Assembly (NCBI GenBank): GCA_964600985.1
Contig: CAZRJR010000001.1
Location: 399,431-463,430, forward strand
DNA: 64,000 bases
Source of the DNA: an uncultured Candidatus Saccharibacteria bacterium
GTDB lineage: Bacteria; Patescibacteriota; Saccharimonadia; CAILAD01; JADZBC01
Direction of reading: 5' to 3'
A model generated the notes under the pieces. That model had not been told where the DNA came from. It ran no database searches and was given only the letters and a program-made list of their open reading frames with translations. Below, piece by piece: positions 1 through 10,325 of this stretch. The position numbers and the translations under genes were made by a program. Positions within the stretch are counted from its first letter, which is position 1, and each line of letters starts with the position of its first letter.

Positions 1-1223
1 AGCTCCCGACCCAATACAAAACTCTCAAATCGCTCTATTAGCTCGGGATCTTTGCGGTTCTTTTTGCTAAACGGCGTAGACTCCTTGGGGTAATCAATCA
101 CATGCGTGGGCTGCACGAGCTTCTCCTCGCAGTGCTCTTCGAATAGTATCAGTATCGCTTCTCCGCGGGTTTTGCTATGGAATTCTTTGTCGAGCTTTTC
201 GACCATGCCAAAGAGCTCGTCGTCGCTGAGCGCATCTACATCTAGGTTTGCCAACTCTTTTAGAGCATCTTTGACGCTAATTTGCTTCCATGGCCGAGTA
301 AAGTCGAGTACTTGCCCGCCAGAAGTTACCTTGAGTGAACCGAATAGCTTCATGCATACATGCTCCACCAAACCCTCGAGCAGCTCTATCATGCTCGTAT
401 AGTCCACGTATGCGCGATAAGCCTCGAGCATAGTGAACTCGGGGTTGTGTGTCCGGTCGGTGTTTTCGTTTCTAAAGTTCTTTCCGATTTCATACACCGC
501 CTCCATGCCGCCGGCCAAAAGCTTTTTAAGGTTCTGTTCTGGCGCCACTCGTAGATACATATCCATATCGAGCTTGTGGTGATGCGTAACAAACGGCTTG
601 GCCGCTGCCCCACCGTAAACCACTTGCGTAATTGGTGTTTCTACCTCTAAGTAACCCTGCCCGATCATAAACTCGCGCACCGCCTGGGTCATTAAGAATC
701 GCTTTTTTAGTACAGCGCGACTCTCGGGGTTCATAACCATATCCAGGCTTCGATTGCGATAACGCAACTCTACATCCTTAAGTCCGTGGTATTTATCGGC
801 AATACCCGTTAAAGACTTGGCCAAAATAGTAACGTCTTCTACCCAAACGGAGAGTTCACCTAGCTTTGTTTTAAACACAAAGCCCTTAACGCCAACTATG
901 TCCCCCAGATCGATGTTCTTGGCCAGTTCAAAACTCTCACCGAGCTGATTCTTCTGGAAGAAAAGCTGAACACGGCCGTCTTCGTCAGCGATGTCTGCAA
1001 AAAGCACGCCACCCATACCGCGCTTAAGCATAATACGCCCAGCGATCGCAACATGGCGGTCTGTCTTGTCTTCAGCTTGTAGGGTGGTCTCAAATTCCGC
1101 TTGAATATCAGCAATCTTATCTGACACATCGAAGCTATAAGGATATACCTCTATTCCTTCATCTTTAAGAGCCTGGATTTTTTTTAATTTTTCCGCATTC
1201 GGATCGTCATGTTGTGCTGTCAT
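1..1223 (-). CDS. lysS: Lysyl-tRNA synthetase class II (3' end runs off window)
   Basis: Manual minus-strand translation from ATG 1223: MTAQHDDPNAEKLKKIQALKDEGIEVYPYSFD..., with LysRS motifs RYRNRSLD, YGGAAAKPF and FRNEN; follows greA as in many bacteria. Missing from the ORF track because it has no stop in the window. Confidence 0.93.
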   Translation of the reverse strand, partial: MTAQHDDPNAEKLKKIQALKDEGIEVYPYSFDVSDKIADIQAEFETTLQAEDKTDRHVAIAGRIMLKRGMGGVLFADIADEDGRVQLFFQKNQLGESFELAKNIDLGDIVGVKGFVFKTKLGELSVWVEDVTILAKSLTGIADKYHGLKDVELRYRNRSLDMVMNPESRAVLKKRFLMTQAVREFMIGQGYLEVETPITQVVYGGAAAKPFVTHHHKLDMDMYLRVAPEQNLKKLLAGGMEAVYEIGKNFRNENTDRTHNPEFTMLEAYRAYVDYTSMIELLEGLVEHVCMKLFGSLKVTSGGQVLDFTRPWKQISVKDALKELANLDVDALSDDELFGMVEKLDKEFHSKTRGEAILILFEEHCEEKLVQPTHVIDYPKESTPFSKKNRKDPELIERFESFVLGRE

Positions 1224-1277
1224 GAGTATATTATACGTTCTTTGCCCTATTTAGATAGAGCGAAGCCGCAAAGTTAG

Positions 1278-1742
1278 CTATTTTACGTCGATAATCTTGT
1301 AGGTCATAGTGCCAGCTGGTACTTCGATCTCAACTTCTTCGCCCTTGGAGCGACCGAGAAGCGCCTGACCAATAGGTGATTCGTTCGAAATGAGCCCCTT
1401 AGATGGATCGGCCTCGGTCGAACCTACAATTCGAAACTCCTGTTTACCACTCTCGAGCTCAACATGCACGGTCGAACCAACGTCCACCTTGCCACCCGTG
1501 CTTTTCTTGATAATCTTAGCTTGCTTGAGGATCGATTCGATCTCAGCTATACGGCCCTCGATGAATACCTGGCGTTCCTTAGCATCATCCCAGCCAGCGT
1601 TTTCGCTCAAATCACCAAGCTCTTTGGCATCCTTAAGTGCCTTAGCAATCTCTTTACGGCCACTCGAAGTAAGCTCGGCAAGTTCTTCTTGCAACTTGCG
1701 GACGCCGTCTTCTGTTAAGTAAAACTCCCGTTTTTTGTTCAT
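1278..1742 (-). CDS. greA: Transcription elongation factor GreA
   Basis: GDLSENAG motif; C-terminal ISNESPIGQALLG...EVPAG. Confidence 0.97.
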   Translation of the reverse strand: MNKKREFYLTEDGVRKLQEELAELTSSGRKEIAKALKDAKELGDLSENAGWDDAKERQVFIEGRIAEIESILKQAKIIKKSTGGKVDVGSTVHVELESGKQEFRIVGSTEADPSKGLISNESPIGQALLGRSKGEEVEIEVPAGTMTYKIIDVK

Positions 1743-1801
1743 AGTTAATCGTACCCTTACCTTAGTATTAGTTACATCGCTCGAAGCGTTCGTGTGTTCT
1801 C

Positions 1802-1831
1802 AAAAAATAAAAGGACCTCATTTGTCCTTTT
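1802..1831 (-). terminator. Intrinsic terminator upstream of greA
   Basis: Minus strand AAAAGGAC-AAATGAG-GTCCTTTT followed by ATTTTTT. Confidence 0.65.
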
Positions 1832-1976
1832 GCCCTCTGTTGGTATCTCGTCTTGTGCTAAGTAGCCTACCAAAACGTCATTCCAAATCATCTGCATGGA
1901 TCGAGCGTTTGTTTTTATTCTCGCATGGCTGTCAATTCCTGTCAATAACTTGTCCCAAGATAGAGCTTATTGCTGG

Positions 1977-3950
1977 CTATTGTCGACCATTAAAATACCA
2001 TTTGAGCACTTCTCGAGCGATTGGGGCTGCCCACTCGGCACCCTCACCTGAGTTCTCTACGAGTACCACCATGGCTATCTGTGGATTCTCGGCTGGCGCA
2101 TAGGCGGTAAACCAAGCATGGGGCTTGGTGCGGGCATTCCTACCATCCAGTCCCGCCGAAGAGGTCTCGGCTGTACCAGTCTTACCCGCCACACTTACTG
2201 GCACCTCGGACTTAATCCGGCAACACGCCGTCCCCTGCAGCACTACCTGCTTCATACCCTGCTGCACGAGTGCAACGTTCTTTGGATCCAAGAAGTTGGC
2301 TGCTGCTACCTCGGGCTTAATATCTCGCACCGTCTTACCCTTACTGTCGACCACCGCTTTAGCCAGGAGAGGTTTGTAGAGCGTGCCGCCATTGGCCACC
2401 GCAGCCGTGGCAGTGACTAGTTGAAGGGGCGTGGCTTGCAAATTTCCCTGGCCAATGGAGATATTGTACGTATCACCCACATACCAGGCCTCGCCAGTTT
2501 GCGCTTTTTTATCACTCGGGTTCGGTAAGTAGCCGGCTGATTCGTTCTTGAGATCAATGCCTGTTTTAGAACCAAAACCAAATTTTTTATACCAGCTTAG
2601 AAGTTTATCTACCCCGAGACCGCGAAAGTTCTCGAATCCACCACCGACTATGTAGTAAAACACGTCCGAGCTCTGCTCGATAGCTCGCACCACATTGACA
2701 ACCCCTAACCCATTGGCATTCCAGCCATTAAAGGTATATACGATCGAGGGATTGAATTTATTTGGCACTTCAATTTTTCCCCTGTCGTTTACTGTGGTAG
2801 AAGCAGTTATGATCTGTTCTTCGAGTGCTGCTAATGAGATAAACGGCTTAATGGTCGATCCAATGGGGTAACGGCCACCTACAGCCTTGTTGAATAAGGG
2901 ATTGCCGGGGTCATTTAAAAGCTTCTGGTAATCTGCCTGACTAATCCCCTTGGCAAAGAGATTATTGTCGTAGGTCGGCCAATTAACCGCACCCAATATT
3001 TGGCCATTGTTAGGATCCATAGCAACTATAGTGCCCCGACTAGCACCGGCTCGTTCTACGCCGGCCTTGAGCTCCTGCTGCATTTTTTGCTCTAAGCCAT
3101 TATCAACTGCCAGTACCAGGCTGTTACCAGCCTTGGCTGGCGTACTGGCCAGCTCTCGAATCTGCCGACCGCCCACATCCACCTCAAGCTGCTGACGACC
3201 ATCCTGGCCACGTAGATCGGCCTCGTATGCCTGCTCTAAGCCCGTTTTACCAATGTAGTCCGTGGGTTGATAGCCTACATTTTTTTGCCATTCTTCGGCC
3301 GATATACGCCCTGTATAGCCTAAGAAGTGCGAGAACGCCCCGCCATCGAGATACTCGCGGGCCGGATTAATGTCGACACTAAAACCAGTGATCTGACGAC
3401 TCTTTTCTTCTATATTTAGCGCCGTATCACGGTCGACGTTTGGCAGAATAAGTATGTTCTGAGGGAAGTATTTACCTTTGGCTTCGGCCTTGGCACGTAT
3501 GTCATCGGGCGATTGTTTAATGAGTGCTCCCACTTGGCTGTAAACCTCGTTGCGAGCTGCTTTATCCTTGGGCACCTGAGCTGGGTTGACCACCAAATCA
3601 AAGCTTGCCAAATTACGAGCCAGCACTTGTTTATTGCGATCGTAAATTGCCCCGCGAGGAGCATGAATAGTTGTCTGGCGAATACGATTCCCGTTTGCCA
3701 GGACCAGATTCTGCTGGCCCTTGGTAATCTGCAAATAGAATAACTGGCCAAGCAGTACGGTAGCCACAATTACCGACACTAGCAAAAATAGCCGAACCAC
3801 ATTGCTCCCTAAGGGCTGCTCGAGCTTACCGGCCTGTTCACTCCCACTCAGTGCTGCCGCCGACCAGTCCTCGCTTTCGGCGACTAATTGCTCACGCTTG
3901 GAGCGTTTAAAGCTGTAGGCACGACTATAAAAGTCGCCAAATATGTTCAT
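1977..3950 (-). CDS. mrdA: Penicillin-binding protein 2
   Basis: N-terminal TM; transpeptidase motifs STIK, SSD and KTG; downstream of mreBCD. Confidence 0.96.
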   Translation of the reverse strand: MNIFGDFYSRAYSFKRSKREQLVAESEDWSAAALSGSEQAGKLEQPLGSNVVRLFLLVSVIVATVLLGQLFYLQITKGQQNLVLANGNRIRQTTIHAPRGAIYDRNKQVLARNLASFDLVVNPAQVPKDKAARNEVYSQVGALIKQSPDDIRAKAEAKGKYFPQNILILPNVDRDTALNIEEKSRQITGFSVDINPAREYLDGGAFSHFLGYTGRISAEEWQKNVGYQPTDYIGKTGLEQAYEADLRGQDGRQQLEVDVGGRQIRELASTPAKAGNSLVLAVDNGLEQKMQQELKAGVERAGASRGTIVAMDPNNGQILGAVNWPTYDNNLFAKGISQADYQKLLNDPGNPLFNKAVGGRYPIGSTIKPFISLAALEEQIITASTTVNDRGKIEVPNKFNPSIVYTFNGWNANGLGVVNVVRAIEQSSDVFYYIVGGGFENFRGLGVDKLLSWYKKFGFGSKTGIDLKNESAGYLPNPSDKKAQTGEAWYVGDTYNISIGQGNLQATPLQLVTATAAVANGGTLYKPLLAKAVVDSKGKTVRDIKPEVAAANFLDPKNVALVQQGMKQVVLQGTACCRIKSEVPVSVAGKTGTAETSSAGLDGRNARTKPHAWFTAYAPAENPQIAMVVLVENSGEGAEWAAPIAREVLKWYFNGRQ

Positions 3951-3987
3951 TCTGAGCTTATCATCCCCTCTCGCTTACACAACCGTT

Positions 3988-4476
3988 TCAACTACTAATA
4001 ATACCACGTTGGCGCAAGTGCATCACGGTCACTATAGCCGCTACCGTGCAGCAATTAAGTATGCTTTCTACCGTGATTCGAGCAAGCATGGGACCCCACT
4101 GTGGTATATACGTCGCAGATAAAAATGCTAGGTGAGCAACCAACGCATAGCACATACTCAACAGCAATGCAGCCAGCACCAACGTGGCAAGCACTACATT
4201 ACGTTGATCCATTTGCCACACAACCTTGAGTACTAAAACCGCCAAGATGTAAAAAGCCATGTTCAGTCCAAACTGCTGGACCGAAGATATATCAAGCAAT
4301 AACCCGCCGCCCAAAGCCATCCACAACAAACGAGTAGTATCAATGGATGTACTCGCCAACACAAGGAATACGAGAAAGAAATTTGGCACCACCCAGAGCA
4401 TGCCACTATGAGCTGGCCAGCTGAGCTGTAGTAATACCACCCCAAAGCTTGTTAGCGCGAGCCAACGCGTCCGCAC
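3988..4476 (-). CDS. mreD: Rod shape-determining protein MreD
   Basis: Hydrophobic 162 aa with a GLLLD motif, between mreC and mrdA. Confidence 0.8.
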   Translation of the reverse strand: MRTRWLALTSFGVVLLQLSWPAHSGMLWVVPNFFLVFLVLASTSIDTTRLLWMALGGGLLLDISSVQQFGLNMAFYILAVLVLKVVWQMDQRNVVLATLVLAALLLSMCYALVAHLAFLSATYIPQWGPMLARITVESILNCCTVAAIVTVMHLRQRGIISS

Positions 4477-5300
4477 TACTTTTGCCCCTTCACCACAAAA
4501 ACAAGTTCGAGTTTCGTAAGGTCTATGGCTGGACGAATATTAGCTACCTGGAAAACAGCATCATCCGAGTTATCAATCGACTCTACCGTACCAATAATGA
4601 TTCCCTTTGGAATTATGTCAGAGCCAGCAGTGATCACGGTTTCACCCTTGGTTATTTTTTCGCCCTGAGCAATTTTATCCATACTATAGCCCGTACCGAT
4701 TTGACCCGCCACGATGCCATTAGCCCGACCATCTTGGCCAAGCGCTCGAACCCGAAAGTCAACATCGCTGAGCAAAAATACCCGCGCACTAAAGTCTCGG
4801 ACTTCGTCGACAGTGCCTACCAAAGCTCCATTAGACACCACTGCCATACCCTTGCTAATTCCGCTGGTTTTGCCCACATCAATGCTAAGCGACTTACGAA
4901 TGTTATCGGGCGCATAACCAACCACACGAGCGGGCGCGAGCACCAGTGACTGCCGTGAATTAAAGCCTAATTGAGCACGCAATAGGTCATTCTCGTGGCT
5001 AACCTCGCGCATGTTGGCAAGCTGCTTCTTGAGGTCCTGCACTTGGGTTTCGAGTGCACTGTTCTGACGCGTGAGCGCACCAAGCGAAGTCAAAGTCTCA
5101 ACCTGCTGCCCCACACTACGCGCTACGCCATTAGTAAGCTTGCGGATAGGCAAAAACAACTGGTCGGTTACCGCCTGCAGGGGGCGTAAAAAGCCAATAC
5201 TATTGAGCAAGGTGAGGATCAGTGCCACACCTAGTACAGCAAATACCGCTTGCTTGAGTCGATTTTGCACGGCGGGCGAATTAGCGCGGCGCTTTTTCAT
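4476..5300 (-). CDS. mreC: Rod shape-determining protein MreC
   Basis: TM, coiled coil ENDLLRAQL, beta domain with PKGIIIGTV; operon position. Confidence 0.95.
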   Translation of the reverse strand: MKKRRANSPAVQNRLKQAVFAVLGVALILTLLNSIGFLRPLQAVTDQLFLPIRKLTNGVARSVGQQVETLTSLGALTRQNSALETQVQDLKKQLANMREVSHENDLLRAQLGFNSRQSLVLAPARVVGYAPDNIRKSLSIDVGKTSGISKGMAVVSNGALVGTVDEVRDFSARVFLLSDVDFRVRALGQDGRANGIVAGQIGTGYSMDKIAQGEKITKGETVITAGSDIIPKGIIIGTVESIDNSDDAVFQVANIRPAIDLTKLELVFVVKGQK

Positions 5301-6339
5301 ATTGAGTTGAGACCAATACGTCTCTTAATTCATCGAGGTCTTCTAGAACCAGCCCTGTCCCCCGCACTACGGAGGTAAGCGGGTCATCGGCAATATGCAC
5401 GGGCATTTTGGTCTGCTGGGTTAGGAGTGTATCCAAACCACGCAGAAGCGCACCGCCACCTGCCAAGTAAATGCCTTTGTCCATTATGTCGGCGAGGAGC
5501 TCCGGTGGAGTTTCCTCGATTGTCTGCTTTACTGCATCCACAATCGCCCTCACACTTTTAGCAAGAGCAGCCCGCGCCTGGTCAGAGGTGATAACTACTT
5601 CCTTAGGCAACCCGGTTACTATGTCGCGGCCACGGATTGGCGCCTCCAAACTCTCGGAGGTTTTGCCAGCCGAGCCGATACTAATTTTAATGCGCTCTGC
5701 AGTACGCTCTCCAACTTGCAGACTAAATTCTTCCTTGGCAAAGCTAATAACATCTTCAGTCAGCTCATCACCGGCGATCCGAATAGAGCGCGAGGCCACA
5801 ATGCCACCTAGGCTGATGACTGCCACCTCACTGGTGCCACCACCAATGTCTACGATCATACTACCAGCCGCCTCGTGAATGGGTAGCCCCGAGCCAATTG
5901 CGGCTGCCATAGGCTCTTCAATTAAGAACGCCTGGCGTGCACCAGCGTTGGTAGCGGCGTCCTCTACGGCACGCTTTTCTACCTCCGTAACACCCGAAGG
6001 TATTCCCACCACCACACGTGGCCTCGGGAAAAGTGCGAAGCTTTCCTTGTGCACCTTCTCTATAAAATACTTGAGCATCTGCTCGGTGATCTCAAAATCA
6101 CTTACCACCCCGTCGACCAGTGGCCTTGAAGCCACAATGTTAGCTGGAGTTTTACCCACCATACGCTTAGCCTCGTCACCAATCGCCAGAATTTGCTTAG
6201 TCTTGGTATTAATAGCCACTACCGAAGGTTCATTAATCATGATGCCCTTACCGCGCACGTATACGAGGGTATTAGCAGTACCCAAATCGATACCAATATC
6301 ATGCGAGAACTTGCCAAGGAGGTTGCTAAAAATTGCCAT
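5281..6339 (-). CDS. mreB: Actin-like protein MreB
   Basis: DIGIDLGTANT, EEPMAAAIG, DIGGGTSE, GGGALL. Confidence 0.98.
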   Translation of the reverse strand: MAIFSNLLGKFSHDIGIDLGTANTLVYVRGKGIMINEPSVVAINTKTKQILAIGDEAKRMVGKTPANIVASRPLVDGVVSDFEITEQMLKYFIEKVHKESFALFPRPRVVVGIPSGVTEVEKRAVEDAATNAGARQAFLIEEPMAAAIGSGLPIHEAAGSMIVDIGGGTSEVAVISLGGIVASRSIRIAGDELTEDVISFAKEEFSLQVGERTAERIKISIGSAGKTSESLEAPIRGRDIVTGLPKEVVITSDQARAALAKSVRAIVDAVKQTIEETPPELLADIMDKGIYLAGGGALLRGLDTLLTQQTKMPVHIADDPLTSVVRGTGLVLEDLDELRDVLVSTQYEKAPR

Positions 6340-6424
6340 TACTTCCAGTGTACCAAGCGAGAGCTAGTACGGGCAAGGCAAAAAGCTGGTGGTTTTTGTT
6401 AAATGCAAGTTGAATAGTCCACGC

Positions 6425-7504
6425 TTAGCGCAGGCGCATAATATCGGCTACCGATACGGCAATCATAAGTGCAATGAGTGCTACGAAGCCGACTGCATGG
6501 ACTAAGGTCTCGACCTTGTCCGTAACCTTTACGCCGGCTCGTTGCATGAGCACAATCAGAAGCCGACCGCCATCGAGAGCTGGCAACGGCAGAGCGTTAA
6601 TAATGGCTAAGGAAAGCGAAATCGAAGCCACGAGTCCCAAGACATAACCAAGTCCATAACGAAATACCTGACTAAATACCACGGTAATACCAATAGGGCC
6701 AGTTACTGTTTGTGACACCTCGGCCTTGGTAAATATGCCAATTATAAGACCGCCGAAGGCCGCCAGCGTCATCCAGATCATCTGTAGGATTACTCCTACT
6801 GCTACAAGTGGCGCGTAGTACCATGGGTAACGCTGAAGAGTCTCAGGCACCGTCGACACGCCAAGGAGGGCTTTAGTACTATCCTTTGCCGGCAGAACAA
6901 TCACCAGCCTCTTAGGAGTATCACCTTGTTTGAGCACAATAGCTGCCTGCTTACCAGCCATAGCATTAATGCGCCCACGTAACTGTTCGGGCGAGCTCAC
7001 TGTTTGGCCATCTATACTTATGATTCGGTTGCCTGTTTGTATATTATTGCGTTCGGCTAAGCTACCCTTTTGCACCTCCACCACCATCAGGCTCGTACTG
7101 CCAGTCGATGGTTTTATGGGCCCAATGCTCGGGAGTGAGTTGGTAAACACCGGCGGGGCACCGACCACAAGCAATCCCGTGATAATTACGTAAGCAATGA
7201 GTAGATTCATGGTTACACCTGCCAGCAGGATCTTGGTCTTAACCCATGTTCCCTGAGTAGCGAAGCTATCGCTCGCTCGCGATTCGCCCTGTTCCCCCTT
7301 GAGTCGTACAAAGCCCCCTAGTGGCAGCGCGTTTATACTGTAGAGCGTCTTACCCTTCTGCACACCCCATAGCCTTGGTGGAAAACCGATGCCGAACTCA
7401 TCTACCTGTACGCCATTGCGACGGGCGGTGATAAAATGACCAAACTCATGAGCGATAATTAAGAATGAAAACAGCAGTACTACTAGTATGATCGTAATGA
7501 TCAC
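6425..7504 (-). CDS. rseP: RseP-like M50 intramembrane zinc protease with PDZ domain
   Basis: HEFGH and NALPLPALDGG motifs; follows uppS. Confidence 0.93.
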   Translation of the reverse strand: MIITIILVVLLFSFLIIAHEFGHFITARRNGVQVDEFGIGFPPRLWGVQKGKTLYSINALPLGGFVRLKGEQGESRASDSFATQGTWVKTKILLAGVTMNLLIAYVIITGLLVVGAPPVFTNSLPSIGPIKPSTGSTSLMVVEVQKGSLAERNNIQTGNRIISIDGQTVSSPEQLRGRINAMAGKQAAIVLKQGDTPKRLVIVLPAKDSTKALLGVSTVPETLQRYPWYYAPLVAVGVILQMIWMTLAAFGGLIIGIFTKAEVSQTVTGPIGITVVFSQVFRYGLGYVLGLVASISLSLAIINALPLPALDGGRLLIVLMQRAGVKVTDKVETLVHAVGFVALIALMIAVSVADIMRLR

Positions 7505-8205
7505 TAGGCACCAAACCTTCGCTGACGCTGAGCATACTCACTAAGCAATCGGTCCAGGGCTGACTCGTCAAATTCGGGCCACTTTTCGGGCACAAACATG
7601 AGTTCGGCGTAGGCACTATCCCATAGTAAGAAGTTACTTAGCCGCTGCTCGCCCGAAGTTCGCACTACCATATCGACTGGTGGCAGGTCGGCTGTATACA
7701 AGTGACGCTTAATAGTTTGCTCGTTTATAATGTCAGCCTCTACGCCTTCAGCCACTATACTGCGCACCGCTTGCACTATTTCTTCTTGGCCGCCATAGTT
7801 TAGGCAGATGTTGACCGTGCCACCAGTGTTATTCTGGGTTTTATCTTGAATTTTGTCGAGACTGGCGCTTAACTTCGCGCTAAGTCGATCACGAGAACCG
7901 GACACTATAATCTTAATATTGTCAGCCATAGCGTCTTTAAGCTCTAGCCCCGCCAGGCGTAAGTATAGCTCCATAAGGTATTGAACTTCATCACTTGTGC
8001 GGTTCCAGTTCTCGGTCGAAAAGCCATAGATCGACATCACGGGGATTCCAGCCTTGAACACCGCGCGCGAGATCAGCTTAGCGACGTCTCCGCCCTTTTT
8101 ATGGCCTTCGAGACTCGATAAACCCTGTTGTTTGGCCCAACGACGGTTACCATCGGGTATAAATGCTATATGTTTCGGTAGATGCTCGTGCATGGGAGTC
8201 TCCAT
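7504..8205 (-). CDS. uppS: Undecaprenyl diphosphate synthase
   Basis: DGNRRWA, FSTENWNR, RTSGEQRLSNFLLW. Confidence 0.97.
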   Translation of the reverse strand: METPMHEHLPKHIAFIPDGNRRWAKQQGLSSLEGHKKGGDVAKLISRAVFKAGIPVMSIYGFSTENWNRTSDEVQYLMELYLRLAGLELKDAMADNIKIIVSGSRDRLSAKLSASLDKIQDKTQNNTGGTVNICLNYGGQEEIVQAVRSIVAEGVEADIINEQTIKRHLYTADLPPVDMVVRTSGEQRLSNFLLWDSAYAELMFVPEKWPEFDESALDRLLSEYAQRQRRFGA

Positions 8206-8211
8206 ACAGGT

Positions 8212-8772
8212 CTACACCACCATTATTTCTTTTTGCTTGGCCTCTAGGATTGTCTGGGCAGCTGATTGATACTTTTCGATGAGCTTATTGAGCCGTTGCT
8301 CGACAGCGTATAGGTCGTCTTCGGTAATTTCTTTGGTATTCTTGCGCTTCTTAGCGTCATCCATGCCCTCATGGCGAGCACTACGCAGTGATACATTGCA
8401 CTCCTCGAGCTTAGAATTAAGCGACTTAGCAAGCTCCGTACGACGCTCTTCGGTCAGGGCAGGCACATTAAGTCGGATTACGTTGCCGTCGTTAGATGGG
8501 TTAAGACCCAGGCTTTGATTCTCGCGAATTGCCTTTTCTATACTTGGCATGGTGGTTTTATCCCATGGCTGAATCATTATAGTGCGAGCGTCGGGTGTGG
8601 ATACGGTCGCCAGCTGCTTAAGCACCATTTCCTGTCCATATACCTCTACCTTGAGTGTATCTACCAAGCCTACTTGGGCCCGGCCACCGCGAATCTGGCC
8701 AAGTTCCTCCTCGAAGTAATGCAGGCTTTTCTTCATTTTCTCCTCTACGGAGCCTAGGATCTGATCTATCAT
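8212..8772 (-). CDS. frr: Ribosome recycling factor
   Basis: IRGGRA, IQPWD, LGLNP, LTEERR. Confidence 0.97.
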   Translation of the reverse strand: MIDQILGSVEEKMKKSLHYFEEELGQIRGGRAQVGLVDTLKVEVYGQEMVLKQLATVSTPDARTIMIQPWDKTTMPSIEKAIRENQSLGLNPSNDGNVIRLNVPALTEERRTELAKSLNSKLEECNVSLRSARHEGMDDAKKRKNTKEITEDDLYAVEQRLNKLIEKYQSAAQTILEAKQKEIMVV

Positions 8773-8818
8773 ATTACCCCCAATTATAGCACAGCGCTGT
8801 GTGCCAACTAGTTATTGG

Positions 8819-9409
8819 TTACGCGCCCAGCTCCATACGTTCAAAACGGCGAATACTAATGTTTTCACCCAGTTTACCAATTAGCTGTTTAAGGAGCATC
8901 TCAATGGTGCTATCTGGGTCCTTTACAAACGGTTGTTCGAGCAAGCAAATGCTAGCATAAAACTTGTTCATTTTGCCTTCTACGATCTTGGCGCTATGCT
9001 CGGCCGGCTTACCACTTGCAGCTACTTCGGCTTCAAGCACCTTAGACTCTTTGGCACTTACCTCGGCTGGCACCGCTGCGCGGTCTAGATACTGTGGGTT
9101 GGCAGCTGCTATGTGAATAGCCACATCGTGCACAAAAGTTTTAAACTCATCAGTGCGAGCCACAAAGTCAGTCTCACAAGCCACTTCCACAAGCACACCG
9201 ATCTTACCGCCATGCACGTACGATTCAATCACGCCGTTTTCGGTAGCACGGTCGGCTTTTTTTTCGGCTTTGGCCATACCCTTAACACGCATAAGTTCTA
9301 TCGCTTTGTCCATGTTGCCATTGGCTTCTTCGAGCACCTTCTTGGCATCCATCATGCCAGCACCAGTCATTTGGCGAAGTGATTTTATATCTTCTATACT
9401 AATTGGCAT
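8819..9409 (-). CDS. tsf: Elongation factor Ts (short form)
   Basis: LRQMTGAGMMDAKK and CETDFVAR. Start moved to ATG 9409 (MPISIEDIK), which has GGAGG upstream and overlaps the rpsB stop. Confidence 0.96.
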   Translation of the reverse strand: MPISIEDIKSLRQMTGAGMMDAKKVLEEANGNMDKAIELMRVKGMAKAEKKADRATENGVIESYVHGGKIGVLVEVACETDFVARTDEFKTFVHDVAIHIAAANPQYLDRAAVPAEVSAKESKVLEAEVAASGKPAEHSAKIVEGKMNKFYASICLLEQPFVKDPDSTIEMLLKQLIGKLGENISIRRFERMELGA

Positions 9410-10190
9410 CTGATTCCTCCATAGCGTTAGCTTCTGTATCAACCTTATTTTCGGCAGTCTTAGCATTGTAGAGCGCTGCGCCAGACTTAGCCGCTTCAGC
9501 AATCTTACCGGCAATTAGCGCAACGGCTCGCAGAGCGTCGTCGTTAGCTGGAATCACGTAATCAGCTTTGTCAGGGTCAGCATTAGTATCAGTCATGGCA
9601 ATTACTGGAATTCCCAGGGTGCGAGCTTCCTTCATAGCAATCTCTTCGCGCGGCATGTCGACTACAAATATAGCCTTTGGTAAGCCACGCATTTCACGAA
9701 TCCCGCCAAAGATCTTGTTGAGCCGCTCAATCTCGTTGGTAATGTCGAGGCGCTCTTTTTTAGTAAGTGAGTCTAAGCTACCGTCGGTCTGCTGAGCCTC
9801 TAAGCGCTTTAGGCGCTGTATGCGAGTATTAATGGTCTCATGGTTAGTAAGCATACCACCGAGCCAACGCTGGGTTACGTAGGGCATGCCAGCGTCCTTA
9901 GCCGTGCTTTCGATTATTGCTTTGGCCTGGCGCTTAGTGCCCACAAACAACACCTCGCCACCTTCCTGAGTGATCTTGGCCACAAAGTCGGTAGCACGCC
10001 TAAGGCCCTCCGCTGTTTTGGTTAGGTCAATTATGTGTACGCCGCCACGGGCGCCAAATATGTATTGGCTCATTTTAGGGTTCCACCGACTCGTGCGGTG
10101 GCCAAAGTGAGCACCGGCCTGGAGTAGTTCGGCTAGAATCGGGTCGTTAGCGGTTGGTTTGGTAGCCTTGGGGGATGATTTTGTGGGCAT
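9399..10190 (-). CDS. rpsB: 30S ribosomal protein S2
   Basis: AGAHFGH, WNPKM, RWLGGMLTN, IPANDD. Confidence 0.98.
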   Translation of the reverse strand: MPTKSSPKATKPTANDPILAELLQAGAHFGHRTSRWNPKMSQYIFGARGGVHIIDLTKTAEGLRRATDFVAKITQEGGEVLFVGTKRQAKAIIESTAKDAGMPYVTQRWLGGMLTNHETINTRIQRLKRLEAQQTDGSLDSLTKKERLDITNEIERLNKIFGGIREMRGLPKAIFVVDMPREEIAMKEARTLGIPVIAMTDTNADPDKADYVIPANDDALRAVALIAGKIAEAAKSGAALYNAKTAENKVDTEANAMEESDAN

Positions 10191-10199
10191 ATGTTCTCC

Positions 10200-10276
10200 T
10201 TATACCTGGCACCGACGTGATCGCGCTTTCAAACTTATATTGCAAACGCGACAGGATTACTTGTATCGGTGTGTGA
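10200..10276 (-). ncRNA. rpsB 5' leader (t44/S2-leader-like structure)
   Basis: CACCGA...TCGGTG outer stem enclosing a TCGCGTTT/AAAGCGCGA stem, between the promoter and SD AAGGAG of rpsB. Confidence 0.55.
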
Positions 10277-10294
10277 ATTTATTATTACCGAGAG

Positions 10295-10323
10295 ATTGTA
10301 CCAAACTTAAGCTTGGCAGTCAA
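10295..10323 (-). promoter_or_regulatory. sigma70 promoter of rpsB-tsf
   Basis: TTGACT-17 nt-TACAAT with TG extension. Confidence 0.75.
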
Positions 10324-10325
10324 CG

